From Squalus acanthias (lineage: Eukaryota), in NCBI GenBank assembly GCA_030390025.1, contig CM059431.1:108564001-108628000 (forward strand): a DNA stretch of 64,000 nt, given 5' to 3'. The translations under genes and the position numbers were made by a program. This document shows, in pieces, positions 37,674 through 50,822 of this stretch. Under the pieces are notes generated by a model. The model was not told the DNA's origin. It searched no databases and saw nothing but the letters and a program-made list of their open reading frames with translations. Positions within the stretch are counted from its first letter, which is position 1; each line of letters opens with the position of its first letter.

Positions 37674-40156
37674 AATATACTCTTCCAGGTGATTTGCAAT
37701 CAAATTCTGGGATATGATTTGGAAAGTTGTTGTGCTCTGCTTTGTAGCATCACTACCCTGCTCTTAACAGGAGCAATAATGGTACCATGTGTGAAATTTT
37801 CAGAAGATCAATGTGCACATTGTCCTTGAAGAACAGGCCATTCTAAAAATTGTAGCCTTGTACATTGCTGAGCTCATTCAGTAATCAACCTTTTGCCTTG
37901 ACTTACTTGCTGAGAACAGCTTGGTTCTCCACAGGAAGTGAACAAAGCTCTCTAGCTGTTAAGCTGTCTGGATGAATGTACAGTAGGGCAAAAGAGAAAT
38001 CAAAGGCATTTCGAAACACAGCTTTCGGATCTGGAGCTGCGGCTGGAGTCACTGTGGAGCATCCGTGAGGCTGAGATCTATGTGGATAGCACATTGAACG
38101 AGGTGGTCACACTGCAGGTAAAGAGTGCACAGGCAGAAAGGGAATGGGTGACCGCCAGACAGAGTAAAAGAACTAGGAAGGTAGTGCAGGAATCCCCTGG
38201 GTCCATCTCCCTCTCCAACAGATTTTCCGTTTTGGATACTGCTGGGGTAGATGATTTCTCAGGGGAAGGCAGCAAGAGCCAAGTCCGTGGCACTACGAGT
38301 GGCTCAGCTGCACAGGATGGGAGGAAAAAGAGTGGGAGAGCAATAGTGATAGGGGATTCTATCGTAAGGGGGACAGATAGATGTTTCTCTGGCCGTAGAC
38401 GTGACTCCAGGATGGTATGTTGCCTCCCTAGTGCCAGGGTCAAGGATGTCACTGAGCAGCTGCAGGACATTCTGAAGGGGGAGGGTGAACAGCCAGAGGT
38501 CGTGGTCCATATCGGTACCAACGACATAGGTAGAAAGAGGGATGAGGTCCTGCAAGTAGAATATAGGCAGCTAGGAAATAAATTAAAAAGCAGGACCTCA
38601 AAGGTAGTAATCTCAGGATTACACCCAGTGCTACATGCTAGCGAGAGCAGAAATAGGAGAATAGACCAGATGAAGGCGTGACTCGAGAGATGGTGTAGGA
38701 GGGAGGGATTTAAATTGCTGAGGCATTGGGACCAATTCTGGGGAAGGTGGGACCTGTACAAGCTGGACAGATTACACCTTGGCAGAACCGGGACCAATAT
38801 CCTCGCAGGGGGGTTTGCGAGTGCAGTTGGGAAGGATTTAAACTAGTTTGTCAGGGGCTGGGAACCTAAGTGTGGGTCCAGAATGGAGAGAAACAAAGCT
38901 GGAAGTGCAAGTTAGAAAAGTAGTCAGCAAAACTAGTAGGGAGCAGAAAAAAAGACCAACAGTAAAGAGGGTCAAAGTGCAGAAAAATATTAAACAGGCA
39001 AAGTTGAAGGCACTTTATCGAAATGCACGTAGCATTCGCAACAAGGTAGATGAATTAATGGCACTAATAGAAGTAAATGGGTATGATGTAATTGCCATTA
39101 CAGAGACATGGTTGCAGGGTAACCAAAGCTGGGAACTGAATGTTCCAGGGTACTCAACATTTAGGAAGGACAGACAAAAAGGAAAAGGAGGTGGCGTAGC
39201 GCTGTTAATAAGGGATGAGATCGGTACGGTAGAGATAAGAGATCTTGGCTCGGCAGATCGTGATGTAGAACTGGAATCAGTTTGGGTGGAGCTAAGAAAC
39301 AGCAAAGGGCAGAAAACATTGGTGGGAGTTGTGTATAGGCCACCAAACAGTAGTGGTAATGTAGGGCACAGTATCAATCAAGAAATTAGAAGTGCATGTA
39401 ACAAGGGCAATACGGTAATCATGGGAGACTTTAATCTACCTATTGACTGGGCAAATCAAATTACCACTAATGGTGTGGAGGACGAATTCTTGGAATGCAT
39501 GCGAGATGGTTTCCTGGATCAGTATGTGGAGGAACCAACCAGGGAACAGGCTATTCTGGATCTGGTACTGTGTAATGAGAAAGGGCTGATCAATAATCTT
39601 GTGGTAAAGGGGCCTTTAGGGACAAGTGACCATAATATGATTGAATTTTACATTAAGTTTGAGAGTGATGTAGTCCAATCTGAAACTAAGGTATTCAATC
39701 TAAACAGAGGAAACTGCAAGGGTATGAGGGACAAGTTGGCCATGGTAGAGTGGGAGACTACACTAAAAGGTATGAAGATGGACATACAATGGCTAACATT
39801 CAAGGAAATAATGCATAATTTGCAACAAACATATATTCCTCTAGGGCATAGAAACCCAAAAGGAAAAGTGATCCAACCATGGCGAACAAAAGAAATTAAA
39901 GCAAGTATTAAGTCAAAGGAGGAAGTTTATAAAGTTGCCAGAAAAAGAGGTCAGCCTGAGGATTGGGATGTTTTTAGAAATCAGCAAAGGGGGACCAAGA
40001 AATTGATAAAGAAAGGGAAAATGGAATATGAGCAAAAACTAGCAAAAAATATAAAAATGGATTGTTAAAGCTTCTATAGGTATGTGAAAAGGAAAAGACT
40101 GGCAAAGGTACATGTAGGTCCTTTACAGTCAGAGATGGGAGAATTTATAATGGGGA

Positions 40157-43100
40157 TTACTACCAGTGCCACGTGCTAGTAAGAGTACAGAGAACAGGAT
40201 AGTTAGGCTAAATACGTGGCTTGAGCAGTGGTGTAAGAGGGAGGGTTTTAAATTTTTGAGGCATTGGAACCAGTTTTGTGGTAGGTGTGACCTATACAAA
40301 AGGGACGGTCTACACCTGTACAAAGATGGAACTGATGTTCTCGGGGTAATTTTTGATAAAGCAGTTCGGGAGCATTTAAACTAGTATGGCAGGGGGCTAG
40401 AAACCTATGTAGTGAAATAGAGGAAAGTGAAAGGCAGACAGAAATAAATGGTAAAAGGGTGAGGAACAAAAAACAAAGGGCCAAACTAATTCATAAAAAA
40501 TGTGAGCATAAAAAAAGCCTGAGGGTTTTATACCTTAATGCGAGAAGCATCAGGAACAAGGTAGATGAATTAGCTGTGGAAATAGAGGTTAATAATTATG
40601 ATCTAATTGGGATTACGGAAACATGGTTGCAGGGTGAGCAGGGCTGGGAGCTTAACATACAGGGGTATTCAGTATTTAGGAAGGATCGACAAAAAAGAAA
40701 GGGAGGAGGGGTAGCATTGCTGGTAAAAGAGGGGATAAATGCAATTGAAAGGAAGGATATTAACTCAGTTAATACAGAATCTATATGGGTGGAGCTAAGA
40801 AATAGCGAGGGGCGAAAAACATTAATAGGAGTGGTATATAGGCCTCCAAATAGTAAAATAGAGGTTGGGGAGGGCATCACGAGGGAAATTAGAGAAGCGT
40901 GCAATAAGAGCACAGCTGTCATCATAGGTGACTTTAACTTACATATAGATTGGACTAGCCTAATCAGTAAAAATAATGAGGAGGAGGAATTCCTTGAGTG
41001 TTTAAGGGATGGTTATCTGGATCAATATGTCGAGGAACCAACTCGGGAACAGGCTATATTGGACTGGGTACTGTGCAATGAGAAGGGATTAATTAGTAAT
41101 CTTGTTGTACGGGGACCCTTGGGTCAGAGCGATCATAACATGATCGATTTCTCACTCGAAATGGAGAGCGAAGAAATTGACTCAGAGACTAAGGTCCTGA
41201 ATTTAAACAAGGGGAATTATGATGCCATTAGACGGGAACTGAGTAGGTCTGATTGGACAACGTTCCTGGGAGGACTGGAGGTAGATAAACAATGGCAAGC
41301 ATTTAAAGATAGAATGACAAAATTGCAAAAATTGTTTATACCAATCTGGTATAAAAGGAAATCTAAAAAGGTGACTCAACCGTGGATAACAGGGGAAATT
41401 AGAGACAGTATAAAATCCAAAGATAGGGCGTATAAAATAGCCAAAAAAAGCGCCAGAGCGGAAGATTGGGAACAGTTTAAGATAGAGCAAAGGAGGACAA
41501 AGGGCTTAATCAAGAGGGGCAAAATAGCTTACGAAAGCAAGCTGGCGGAAAATATAAAAACTAACTCCAAAAGCTTTTATAAGTATATCAAGAGGAAAAG
41601 ACTGGTGAAAACCAAAGTTGGTCCATTGCAGTCAGATACGGGGGAATATATAACGGGAAATAAGGAAATGGCAGACCAACTAAATGCATACTTTGGGTCA
41701 GTCTTTACGAAGGAAGACACAAAAAACCTCCCTGGGATATCGGGAAAAATAGGGACATTGGCAAAGGAGGAACTGACGCAAATCAATATCTCTAAGGATA
41801 TGGTGTTAAGGAAGCTAAAGGGATTGAAGGCGGACAAATCCCCAGGGCCTGATAACATGCATCCTAGGGTACTGAAGGAGGTGGCCCTAGAGATAGCGGA
41901 TGCACTAAGTATGATTTTTCAGAATTCATTAGACTCGGGAACAGTGCCCATGGATTGGAGGGTAGCTAACGTTACCCCACTATTCAAAAAGGGGGGTAGG
42001 GAAAAAGCAGGTAATTACAGACCTGTAAGCCTTACATCAGTTGTGGGCAAAATGCTGGAGTCCATCATTAAGGATGAAATAGCGGAGCACTTAGCAAATG
42101 GGGACAGGATAGGACAGAGTCAACATGGATTTACAAAGGGTAAATCGTGCTTGACTAATCTATTGGAATTTTTTGAGGGAGTAACTGGTAAAATAGATGG
42201 GGGAGAGCCAGTAGATGTGGTGTACCTGGACTTCCAAAAGGCCTTCGACAAGGTCCCACATAAAAGATTAGCATGGAAAATTGAAGCTCATGGGATAAAG
42301 GGGAAAGTATTGACGTGGATAGAGAACTGGCTGTCAGATAGAAAACAGAGAGTTGGAATAAACGGCTCATTTTCTGAATGGCAGGCAGTAACAAGTGGGG
42401 TACCACAGGGATCTGTCCTGGGTCCCCAGCTGTTCACAATTTACATTAATGACCTGGATCAGGGAGTCGGATGCAGCATTTCCAAATTTGCAGACGACAC
42501 TAAACTAGGAGGGGGGGTGGGCTCAGAGGAGGAGACCAGGAAGCTCCAGAGCGATTTGGACAGACTGGGTGATTGGGCGGATAAATGGCAGATGCACTAT
42601 AATGTGGACAAGTGCGAAGTTATCCACCTTGGGTGCAGGAACGGGAGGGCAAATTATTATTTAAATGGCAATAAATTGGGAGAGGGGGAAGTACAGAGAG
42701 ACCTGGGTGTTCTTGTACACCAGTCACTGAAGGCGAGCATGCAGATGCAACAGGCGGTCAAGAAGGCAAACGGTATGCTGGCCTTCATAGCAAAAGGGTT
42801 GGAATACAGGAACAGGGATACCTTGCTGCAGCTGTACAGGGCACTGGTGAGACCACACCTCGAGTACTGTGTACAGTTTTGGTCGCCTCATCTGAGGAAA
42901 GATGTTCTTGCCATGGAGGGGGTGCAGCGGCGATTCACCAGGCTGATACCAGGAATGGCGGGATTGACCTATGAGGAGAGACTATGTAGTTTAGGGATGT
43001 ACACACTGGAGTTTAGAAGATTGAGAGGGGACCTCATAGAAGTGTATAAAATTCTGACAGGTCTAGACAGACTAGATGCAGAAGGAATGTTTCCCTTGGC

Positions 43101-43425
43101 GGGTGAGAACAGAACTAGAGGACATAATTTAAGGATAAGGGCTAAACCATTTAGGACAGAAATGAGGGGGAATTTCTTCACTCAGAGGGTGGTGAACCTG
43201 TGGAACTCATTGCCACAGAGGGCAGTGTACGCCAGCTCATTAAATATATTTAAGAGGGAATTAGAAATATTTCTACAGGCAAAAGGGGTTAAGGGTTACG
43301 GAGAGAAGGCGGGGACGGGATACTGAATTGGAGGATCAGCCATGATCTCATTAAATGGCGGAGCAGGCTCGAAGGGCCGGATGGCCTACTCCTGCTCCTA
43401 TCTTCTATGTATCTATGTATCTATG
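40157..43425 (+). mobile_element. CR1 element B nested in A, 5'-truncated within ORF1
   Basis: ORF1 C-terminus (LPVPRASK...DGLHL), complete ORF2, (ATCTATGT)n tail. Confidence 0.92.
40459..43326 (+). CDS. CR1 ORF2: APE-type endonuclease + reverse transcriptase, 955 aa, uninterrupted
   Basis: [55 protein letters not shown]. True start codon uncertain. Confidence 0.9.
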   Translation: MRNKKQRAKLIHKKCEHKKSLRVLYLNARSIRNKVDELAVEIEVNNYDLIGITETWLQGEQGWELNIQGYSVFRKDRQKRKGGGVALLVKEGINAIERKDINSVNTESIWVELRNSEGRKTLIGVVYRPPNSKIEVGEGITREIREACNKSTAVIIGDFNLHIDWTSLISKNNEEEEFLECLRDGYLDQYVEEPTREQAILDWVLCNEKGLISNLVVRGPLGQSDHNMIDFSLEMESEEIDSETKVLNLNKGNYDAIRRELSRSDWTTFLGGLEVDKQWQAFKDRMTKLQKLFIPIWYKRKSKKVTQPWITGEIRDSIKSKDRAYKIAKKSARAEDWEQFKIEQRRTKGLIKRGKIAYESKLAENIKTNSKSFYKYIKRKRLVKTKVGPLQSDTGEYITGNKEMADQLNAYFGSVFTKEDTKNLPGISGKIGTLAKEELTQINISKDMVLRKLKGLKADKSPGPDNMHPRVLKEVALEIADALSMIFQNSLDSGTVPMDWRVANVTPLFKKGGREKAGNYRPVSLTSVVGKMLESIIKDEIAEHLANGDRIGQSQHGFTKGKSCLTNLLEFFEGVTGKIDGGEPVDVVYLDFQKAFDKVPHKRLAWKIEAHGIKGKVLTWIENWLSDRKQRVGINGSFSEWQAVTSGVPQGSVLGPQLFTIYINDLDQGVGCSISKFADDTKLGGGVGSEEETRKLQSDLDRLGDWADKWQMHYNVDKCEVIHLGCRNGRANYYLNGNKLGEGEVQRDLGVLVHQSLKASMQMQQAVKKANGMLAFIAKGLEYRNRDTLLQLYRALVRPHLEYCVQFWSPHLRKDVLAMEGVQRRFTRLIPGMAGLTYEERLCSLGMYTLEFRRLRGDLIEVYKILTGLDRLDAEGMFPLAGENRTRGHNLRIRAKPFRTEMRGNFFTQRVVNLWNSLPQRAVYASSLNIFKRELEIFLQAKGVKGYGEKAGTGY

Positions 43426-44278
43426 AATGAGGAAATGGCAGAGAAATTAAATAAATACTTTGTTTCTGTCTTCACGGAGGAAGACACAAAAAACCTCCCA
43501 GAAATACGAGAAAACCAAGGGTGTGGCGAGAATGAGGAACTTAAAGAAATTATTATTAGTAAAAAAACAGTACTAGCAAAATTAATGGGACTAAAAGTGA
43601 ATAAGTCTCAAGGACCAGATGAACTACATCCTAGGTTTTGAAAGAGGTGGGCATGGGGATAGTGGATGCATTGGTTGTCATCTTCCAAAATTCTATAGAT
43701 TCTGGAACAGTTCCTGCAGATTGGAGGATAGCAAATGTAACACTGCTATTTAAGAAAGGAGGGAGAGAGAAAACGGGGAACTACAGACCTGTTAGCCTCA
43801 CATCAGTAGTTGGGAAAATGCTGGAATCTATTATAAAGGATGCAATAACTGGGCACTTAGAAACTAATAGTCAACATGGATTTATGAAAGGGAAATCCTG
43901 TTTAACAAACCTATTGGAGTTCTTTGAGGATGTAAGTAGTGGAGTAGACAAAGGGGAACCAGTAGATGTGGTGTATTTGTATTTTCAGAAGGCCTTCGAT
44001 AAGGTCCCACACAAGAGGTTGGTGAATAAAATTAGGGCACATGGAATTGGGGGTAATATACTAGCATGGATTGAGAATTGGTTAACAGACAGAAAACAAA
44101 AAGTAGGGATAAACGGGTCTTTTTCAGGATGGCAGGCTGTGACTAGTGGGGAACCGCAAGGATCGGTGCTTGGGCCCCAGCAATTCACAATCAAAATCAA
44201 TAATTTGGATGAGGGGACTAAATGTAACTTTTCCAAATTTGCTGATGATACAAAGCTAGGTGGCAGTGTCAGGTGTGA

Positions 44279-46329
44279 ACCATGGCTAACAAGGGAAATC
44301 AGGGATAGTATTAAAAGCAAGGAAGTGGCATACAAATTGGCCAGAAGTAGCAGCAAACCCGGGGACTGGGAGAACTTTAAAACTCAGCAGAGGAGGACGA
44401 AGGGTTTGATTAGGGCAGGGAAAATAAAATATGAAAGGAAGCTTGCGGAGAACATTAAAACGGACTGCAAAAGCTTCTATAAATATGTAAAAAGAGGTTA
44501 GTAAAAACAAACGTAGGTCCCCTGCAGTCAGAAACAGGGGAAGTCATAATGGGGAACAAAGAAATGGCAGATCAATTGAACAAGTACTTTGGTTCGGTGT
44601 TTACTGTGGAGGACACAAACAACCTTCCGGAAATAAAAGAGATCAAAGGATCTGGTAAGAGGGAGGAGCTGAGGGAAATACTTATCAGTCGGGAAAAGGT
44701 GTTGGGGAAATTGATGGGACTGAAGGCTGATAAATCCCCAGGGCCTGATGGTCTGCATCCCAGAGTACTTAAGGAGGTGGCCTTGGAAATAGTGGATGCA
44801 TTGACGATCATTTTCCAACATTCCTTAGACTCTGGATCAGTTCCGAAGGAGTGGAGGATGGCTAATGTAACCCCTCTTCTTAAAAAAGGAGGGAGGGAGA
44901 AAGCAGGGAATTATAGACCGGTCAGCCTGACATCGGTGGTGGGTAAAATGATGGAATCAATTATTAAAGATGTCATAACAGACCATTTGGAAAGTGGCGA
45001 CATGATAGGTCCAAGTCAGCATGGATTTGTGATAGGGAAATCATGCTTGACAAATCTTCTGGAATTTTTTGAGGATGTTTCCAATAGGGTGGATGGGGGG
45101 GAACCAGTAGATGTGGTGTATTTGGACTTTCAGAAGGCCTTCAACAAGGTCCCACACAAGAGATTGGTGTGCAAAGTTAAAGCAATGGGATTGGGGGTAA
45201 TGTGTTGATGTGGATTGAGAACTGGTTGGCACACAGGAAACAAAGAGTAGGAGTAAATGGGTACTTTTCAGAATGGCAGGCAGTGACCAGCGGGGTACCG
45301 CAGGGTTCGGTGCTGGGGCCCCAGCTGTTTACATTATATATTAATGATTTGGACGAAGGGATTAATTGTAATATCTCCAAATTTGCGGATGACACTAAAT
45401 TGGGAGGCAGTGTGAACAATGAGGAGGATGCTAGGAGGCTACAGAGTGACTTGGACAGGTTGGGTGAATGGGCAAATGTATGGCAGATGAAGTACAATGT
45501 GGATAAATGTGAGGTTATCCACTTTGGTGGTAAAAATAGGGAGGCAGACTATTACCTGAATGGTGGCAGATTAGGGAAAGGGGAGGTGCAACGAGACCTG
45601 GGCGTCATGGTACATCAGTCACTGAAGGTGGGAAGGCAAGTGCAGCAGGCAGTCAAGAAAGCAAATGGCATGATGGCCTTCATAGCAAGTGGATTTGAGT
45701 ACAGGAGTAGGGAGGTGATGCTACAGTTGTACAGGGCCTTGGTGAGGCCACACCTGGAGTATTGTGTGCAGTTTTGGTCTCCTAACTTGAGGAAGGACAT
45801 TCTTGCTATTGAGGGAGTGCAACGAAGGTTCACTAGATTGATTCCTGGGATGGCCAGACTGACATATCAAGAAAGACTGGATCAACTGAATTTGTATCCT
45901 CTGGAGTTCAGAAGAATGAGGGGGGATCTTATAGAGACGTTTAAAATCCTGACTGGTTTAGACAAATTAGATGCGGGCAGAATGTTTCCAATGTTAGGGA
46001 AAACTAAAACCAGGGGTCACAGTCTAAGGATAGAGGGGAAGCCATTTAAGACTGAGATGAGGAGGAACTTCTTCACCCAGAGAGTGGTGAATCTGTGGAA
46101 TTCTCTACCACAGAAGGTTGTTGAGGCCAGTTCGCTAAATATATTCAAAAGGGAGTTAGATATAATACTCACAACTAGGGGGATCAAGGGGTATGGCGAG
46201 AAAGCAGGAATGGGGTACTGAGGTAGCATGTTCAGCCATGAACGCATTGAATGGCGGTGCAGGCTCAAAGGACCGAATGGTCTACTCCTGCACCTATTTT
46301 CTATGTTTCTATGTTTCTATGTTTCTATG
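44279..46329 (+). mobile_element. CR1 element C nested in A, 5'-truncated, frameshifts at ~44495 and ~45185
   Basis: Abrupt switch [17 protein letters not shown] to the stop at 46221; (TTCTATGT)n tail, after which A resumes (KRLQGDLDRL). Confidence 0.92.
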
Positions 46330-47244
46330 AAGAGGCTTCAAGGGGATCTTGACAGGCTCAGTGAGTGGGTGAGAACATGGCAGATGGAATAGAATGTGGA
46401 TAAATGTGAAGTTATCCACTTTGGTAGAAAAAACAGAAAGGCAGAGTATTTCCTAAATGGTGAAAGATTGGGGAATACAGATGATCAAAGGGACCTGGGT
46501 GTCCTTGTACATGAGTCACTGAAAGTGAATGTGCAGGTGCAGCAAGCCATTAGGAAGGCAAATAGTATGCTGGCCTTCATTACAAGAGGATTTGAGTACA
46601 GGAGTAAAGAAGTCTTACTCCAATTATATAGGGCCTTGGTGAGACCACACCTGGAGTACTGTGTACAATTTTGGTCTCCTTACAAAAGGAAGGATATACT
46701 TGCCATAGAGGGAGTGCAACAGAGGTTCACGAGATTGATTCCTGGGCTGGCAGGACTGTCGTATGAGAAGAGATTGAGTAAACTAGGCCTGTATTCTCTT
46801 GAATTCAGAAGAATGAGAGGGGATCTCATTGAAGCATACAAAATTATTACAGGGCTTGATAGGGTGGATGCTGGGAGAATGTTTCCCTTTGCCGGGGAGT
46901 CTAGAACCAGGGGCCACAGCCTCAGGATAAAGGGTAGGCCATTCAGGACTGAGATGAGAAGAAATTTCTTCACACAGAGGGTGGTGAATCTTTGGAATTC
47001 TCTACCCCGGAGGGCTGTGGAGGCTCAGTCATTGGGTATATTCAAAACAGAAGTCGATAGATTTCTGACTAGTAAGGCATCAAGGGAAATGGCGATAGGG
47101 CCGGTGAATAGAGTTGAGGCAGAAGATCAGCCATGATCTCATTGAATGGCGGAGCAGGCTCGATGGGCCGAATGGCCTACTCCTGCTCCTATTTCTTATG
47201 TTCTTCTGTGCAATAAGGACACACAGAAATGTGGCTTTACGGAA

Positions 47245-47695
47245 AAAGAAAGAAAGACTTGCATTTATATAGCGCCTTTCACAACCACCGTACGTTTCAA
47301 AGCGCTTTACAGGCAATGAAGTACTTTTTGAAGTGTAGTCACTGTTGTAATGTAGGAAACACCAATTTGCACACAGCAAGCTCCCACAAACAGCAATGTG
47401 ATAATGACCAGATGATCTGTTTTTGTGATGTTGATTGAGAGATAAGTATTGGCCAGGACACCAGGGATAACTCCCCTGCTCTTCTTCGAAATAGTGCCGT
47501 GGGATCTTTTACGTCCACCTGAGAGAGCAGACAGGGCCTCGGTTCAACGTCTCATCTGAAAGACGGCACCTCCCTCAGCACTGCACTGGAGTGTCAGCCT
47601 GGATGTTTTTGCTCAAGTCTCTGGAGTGGGACTATGAGCCCACAACCTTCTAACTCAGAGGTGAGGGTGCTACCAACTGAGCCACAGCTGACACA
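47245..47695 (-). mobile_element. Near full-length tRNA-headed Deu-type SINE
   Basis: A-box TGGCTCAGTTGG on minus (~47673-47684); body matches 21855-22290. Confidence 0.8.
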
Positions 47696-47719
47696 CAATT
47701 CACTACACTGTGACTCTGG

Positions 47720-48110
47720 GGCTCTTATCTCTAGAAAGGAGAAGATGGAGGGGTCTTCAAGATTATGAAAGGGTTTGATGGGGTAGATGTTTCCACTTGC
47801 GGGCGAGACCAGAACTAGGGGCCATAGATATAAGTTAGTCACTAATAAATCCAATGGGGAATTCAGGAGAAACTTCTTTACCCAGAGAGTGGTGAGAATG
47901 TGGAACTCGCTACCACAAGGAGTAGTTGAGGCGAATAGCATAGATGCATTTCAGGGGAAGCTAGATAAGCACATGAGGGAGAAAGGATTAGAAGGATATG
48001 CTGATGGGGTTGGATGAAGAAGGGTGGGAGGAGGCTCGTGTGGAGCATAAACACCGGCATAGACCTGTTGGGCCGAGCGGGCCTGTTTCTGTGCTGTAAA
48101 TACTTTGTAA
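47720..48110 (+). mobile_element. CR1 3' fragment
   Basis: MFPLAGETRTRGHRYK...FFTQRVVRMWNSLP. Confidence 0.88.
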
Positions 48111-48976
48111 AGCATGCATCTGAATCAACTGTGCAACTTCATTTATCAATGGCTTTGTGTGGGATTAAATGAGCATCATTTCATTTAAACTACTGTGTAT
48201 CAGAAGAATACTAGTGTTGCACTGTTACCGAATGATCCAGAAACAAACTCATTACCCCATCTATTCACACATATTAAATAACAAACAGATGGGTGATTGT
48301 AACAGGCTGCCAGCATTTCCATGAACGTTCTATTAAAAAACAAAGATGTTTTATTTAGGTTTATTCTCCGTTTCTTTCTGTTTCTCTGGCAGATGGCAGC
48401 TGGTTGCTGAGGTTAGGGCTGGCACAGATGAAATAACTGTCTGTTTGCATGAAGCCTGATAACTCTTTGAACTGTTGCTATTATGATTTTATTTGAGGGA
48501 CGAAGCCATTTGATAAATTCATTTACTGCAATGAAGATTTCATGTTAGAAGAAAGAAAAGCACGACAGATAATTAATCATGTTGTGGTCAGGTTTAGAAG
48601 AATGTAATTGCTTTGTCAATAGCTGGGGCCAATAGGGCTGCCTCATATTTCAGTGAGTAATATACAAGGTAGTCTTACCTAATTCCAGAAAAATACTTAC
48701 TAAAGTTGCAGGAGATACACATTTGTGGACAACTTGCATTGAATCTGACAGGTGCACAAGATCAGAATATTACCTTTTTACCTCTGTAATAATTCAAATC
48801 AAACGCAAGCAATGGCTGAGTTCCCTCTTCATTTGAAGTTTTTTGAATCCTAAGTGAAATTATTTTCATCAGTCATAGTGTGAGTGGACATAATTCTGAA
48901 CTGATGTAGTTAAATAGCACAAAACAAAGCCTTATTTGAGATTCTCACCCTAATATGGTCATTGAGGAAAGTCATG

Positions 48977-49380
48977 AAAGAAAGAATTTGCATTTATATT
49001 GTACCTTTTCAATCCTCAGGACGTCCCAAAGCACTTTACAGCCAATGAAGTACTTTTGAAGTGTAGTCACTGTTGTAATGTAGGCAAATGCAGCAGCCAA
49101 TTTGCGCACAGCAAGGTCCCACAAACAGCAATGAGGTAAATGACCAGCTAATCTATTTTTTAATAGTGTTCGTTGAGGGATAAATGTGGCCAGGACAACA
49201 AAGGATGTCCCCTGCTCTTCTTCAAAATGGTGCCATGGAATCTTTCACCTGAGAGGGCAGCCTCAGCCTTAGCCTCAGCCTCATCCAAAATACAACACCT
49301 CTGACAGTACAGCACTGGCATATCAGCCTGATTGTGTGCTCAAGATTGGGGCTTGAACCAACAACCTTCTGACTCAGAGG
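48977..49380 (-). mobile_element. Deu-type SINE copy, followed by a MITE-like sequence (~49380-50203)
   Basis: Same central domain and B-box remnant as the other copies. Confidence 0.75.
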
Positions 49381-50337
49381 GGGGAATTTTGCCAGCCCTG
49401 GGGAGGCGGGTATGGAGGTGGGACTGCCGGGAAAATGGCAGAAACTGGGAGCGTATAGCAACCCTGCTCCCAACCCGCCTCCGTGCCATCTTCCCAGGAG
49501 GCGGGTCCCCGACTCTCGCAGGGACCCATCTCCCCGAGGCGGGAAGGGGATTACAGCCATTTAACTGCCTGTTAACAGGTAGTTAACAGGCAGTTAAGAG
49601 GATTATCCCCATTTTACCCCTACAAGTGCAGGCTTCCCGACTGCTGCGAACCTCGCCACGGTCAGCGAGGCGAGCAGTGGGTCTGCGGGGGTGAGAGGGA
49701 TCGAAAAGTCCGCTGTGGAGGTGAGTGATGGGTGCAACTGTGGAGAGGTAACTATGAGAGGTGAGTGTAAAGTATTAGAAAAAGTTTACTTACCTTTGTT
49801 ACTTTCGGCAGGCTTCAACCCTTGGGGATCCGGAGGTGCCTCATCTCAACGGCAGCGATGACAGAATGGCTGCTGCATTCTCAGATGCAGCAGCCATCTG
49901 ATTTCTGCTGAGGAAAGAGGTTTGATGAGTCTTCAGTACAAGGGCTCACCTTAGAACAGAGATTGTCAGTGTTTAAACGCTGGCAATTCATCTGTCAAAA
50001 ATTTTTGACAGATGAAACGTCATACGCTGACGTCCTCTGTCACCGGCTTTCCCTTAATTGGCCGGCTAAGCCCGCAGGGCGGGATTAACAAGGTCAATCA
50101 AGAGTAAATAGTGTGGTTTGGCTGCACGTCGTTGGGGGCGGGACTGAAACCTGAAAACCAGTAGTCCCGCCCCCAACGCACCCCCATTGACAAAATCCAG
50201 CCCAGAGGTTGCCACTGAGACAAGGCTGACACCTATGAGGAAATGGAAATCTGCTGCAGCAGTGAGATGAAAGGAAAAACCCAAACTGAAAAAATATAGA
50301 AAATGTTGGAAATGCACAGCAGATTAGTCAGCATCTG

Positions 50338-50822
50338 ACAACAACAACAACTTGTATTTATATAGTGCCTTTAACGTAGTAAAACATCCCAAGGCACTTC
50401 ACAGGAGTATTATAAGACAAAAGATAAAATTTGACACCGAGCCACATAAGGAAAAATTAGGGCAGGTGACCAAAAGCTTGGTAGGTATTAAGGAGCATGT
50501 TAAAGGAGGAAAGAGAGGCGGAGAGGTTTAGGCAGGGAATTCCAGAGCTTAGGGCCCAGGCAACAGAAGGTACGGCCACCAATGGTTGAGCGATTATAAT
50601 TAAGGATGCTCAAGGGGGCAGAATTAGAGGAGCGCAGATATCTCGGGGGGTTGTGGGGCTGGAGGAGATTACAGAGATAGGGAGGGGCGAGGCCATGGAG
50701 GGATTTGAAAACAAGGACGAGAATTTTAAAATCGAGGTGTTGCTTAACCGGGAGCCAATGTAGGTCAGCGAGCACAGGGGAGACGGGTGAACGGGACTTG
50801 GTGTGAGTTAGGACATGGGCAA
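50338..50822 (-). mobile_element. L2 LINE 3' fragment
   Basis: LADLHWLPVKQHLDFKILVLVFKSLHGLAPPYL...PKLWNSLP; (TTG)n tail. Confidence 0.9.

Larger units (their letters stand above)
38000..47205 (+). mobile_element. CR1 element A (ORF1 SGNH esterase-like + ORF2), disrupted by stops and two nested CR1s
   Basis: ORF1 IGDSIVRG, HIGTND, DRLHL (38082-38846, stop at 38679); ORF2 pieces 38848-40156, 43426-44278 and 46330-47136 are collinear; tail at ~47190. Confidence 0.9.

Noticed and set aside
47640..47695. tRNA gene
   Set aside because: The A/B boxes belong to a SINE head; no cloverleaf is evident.
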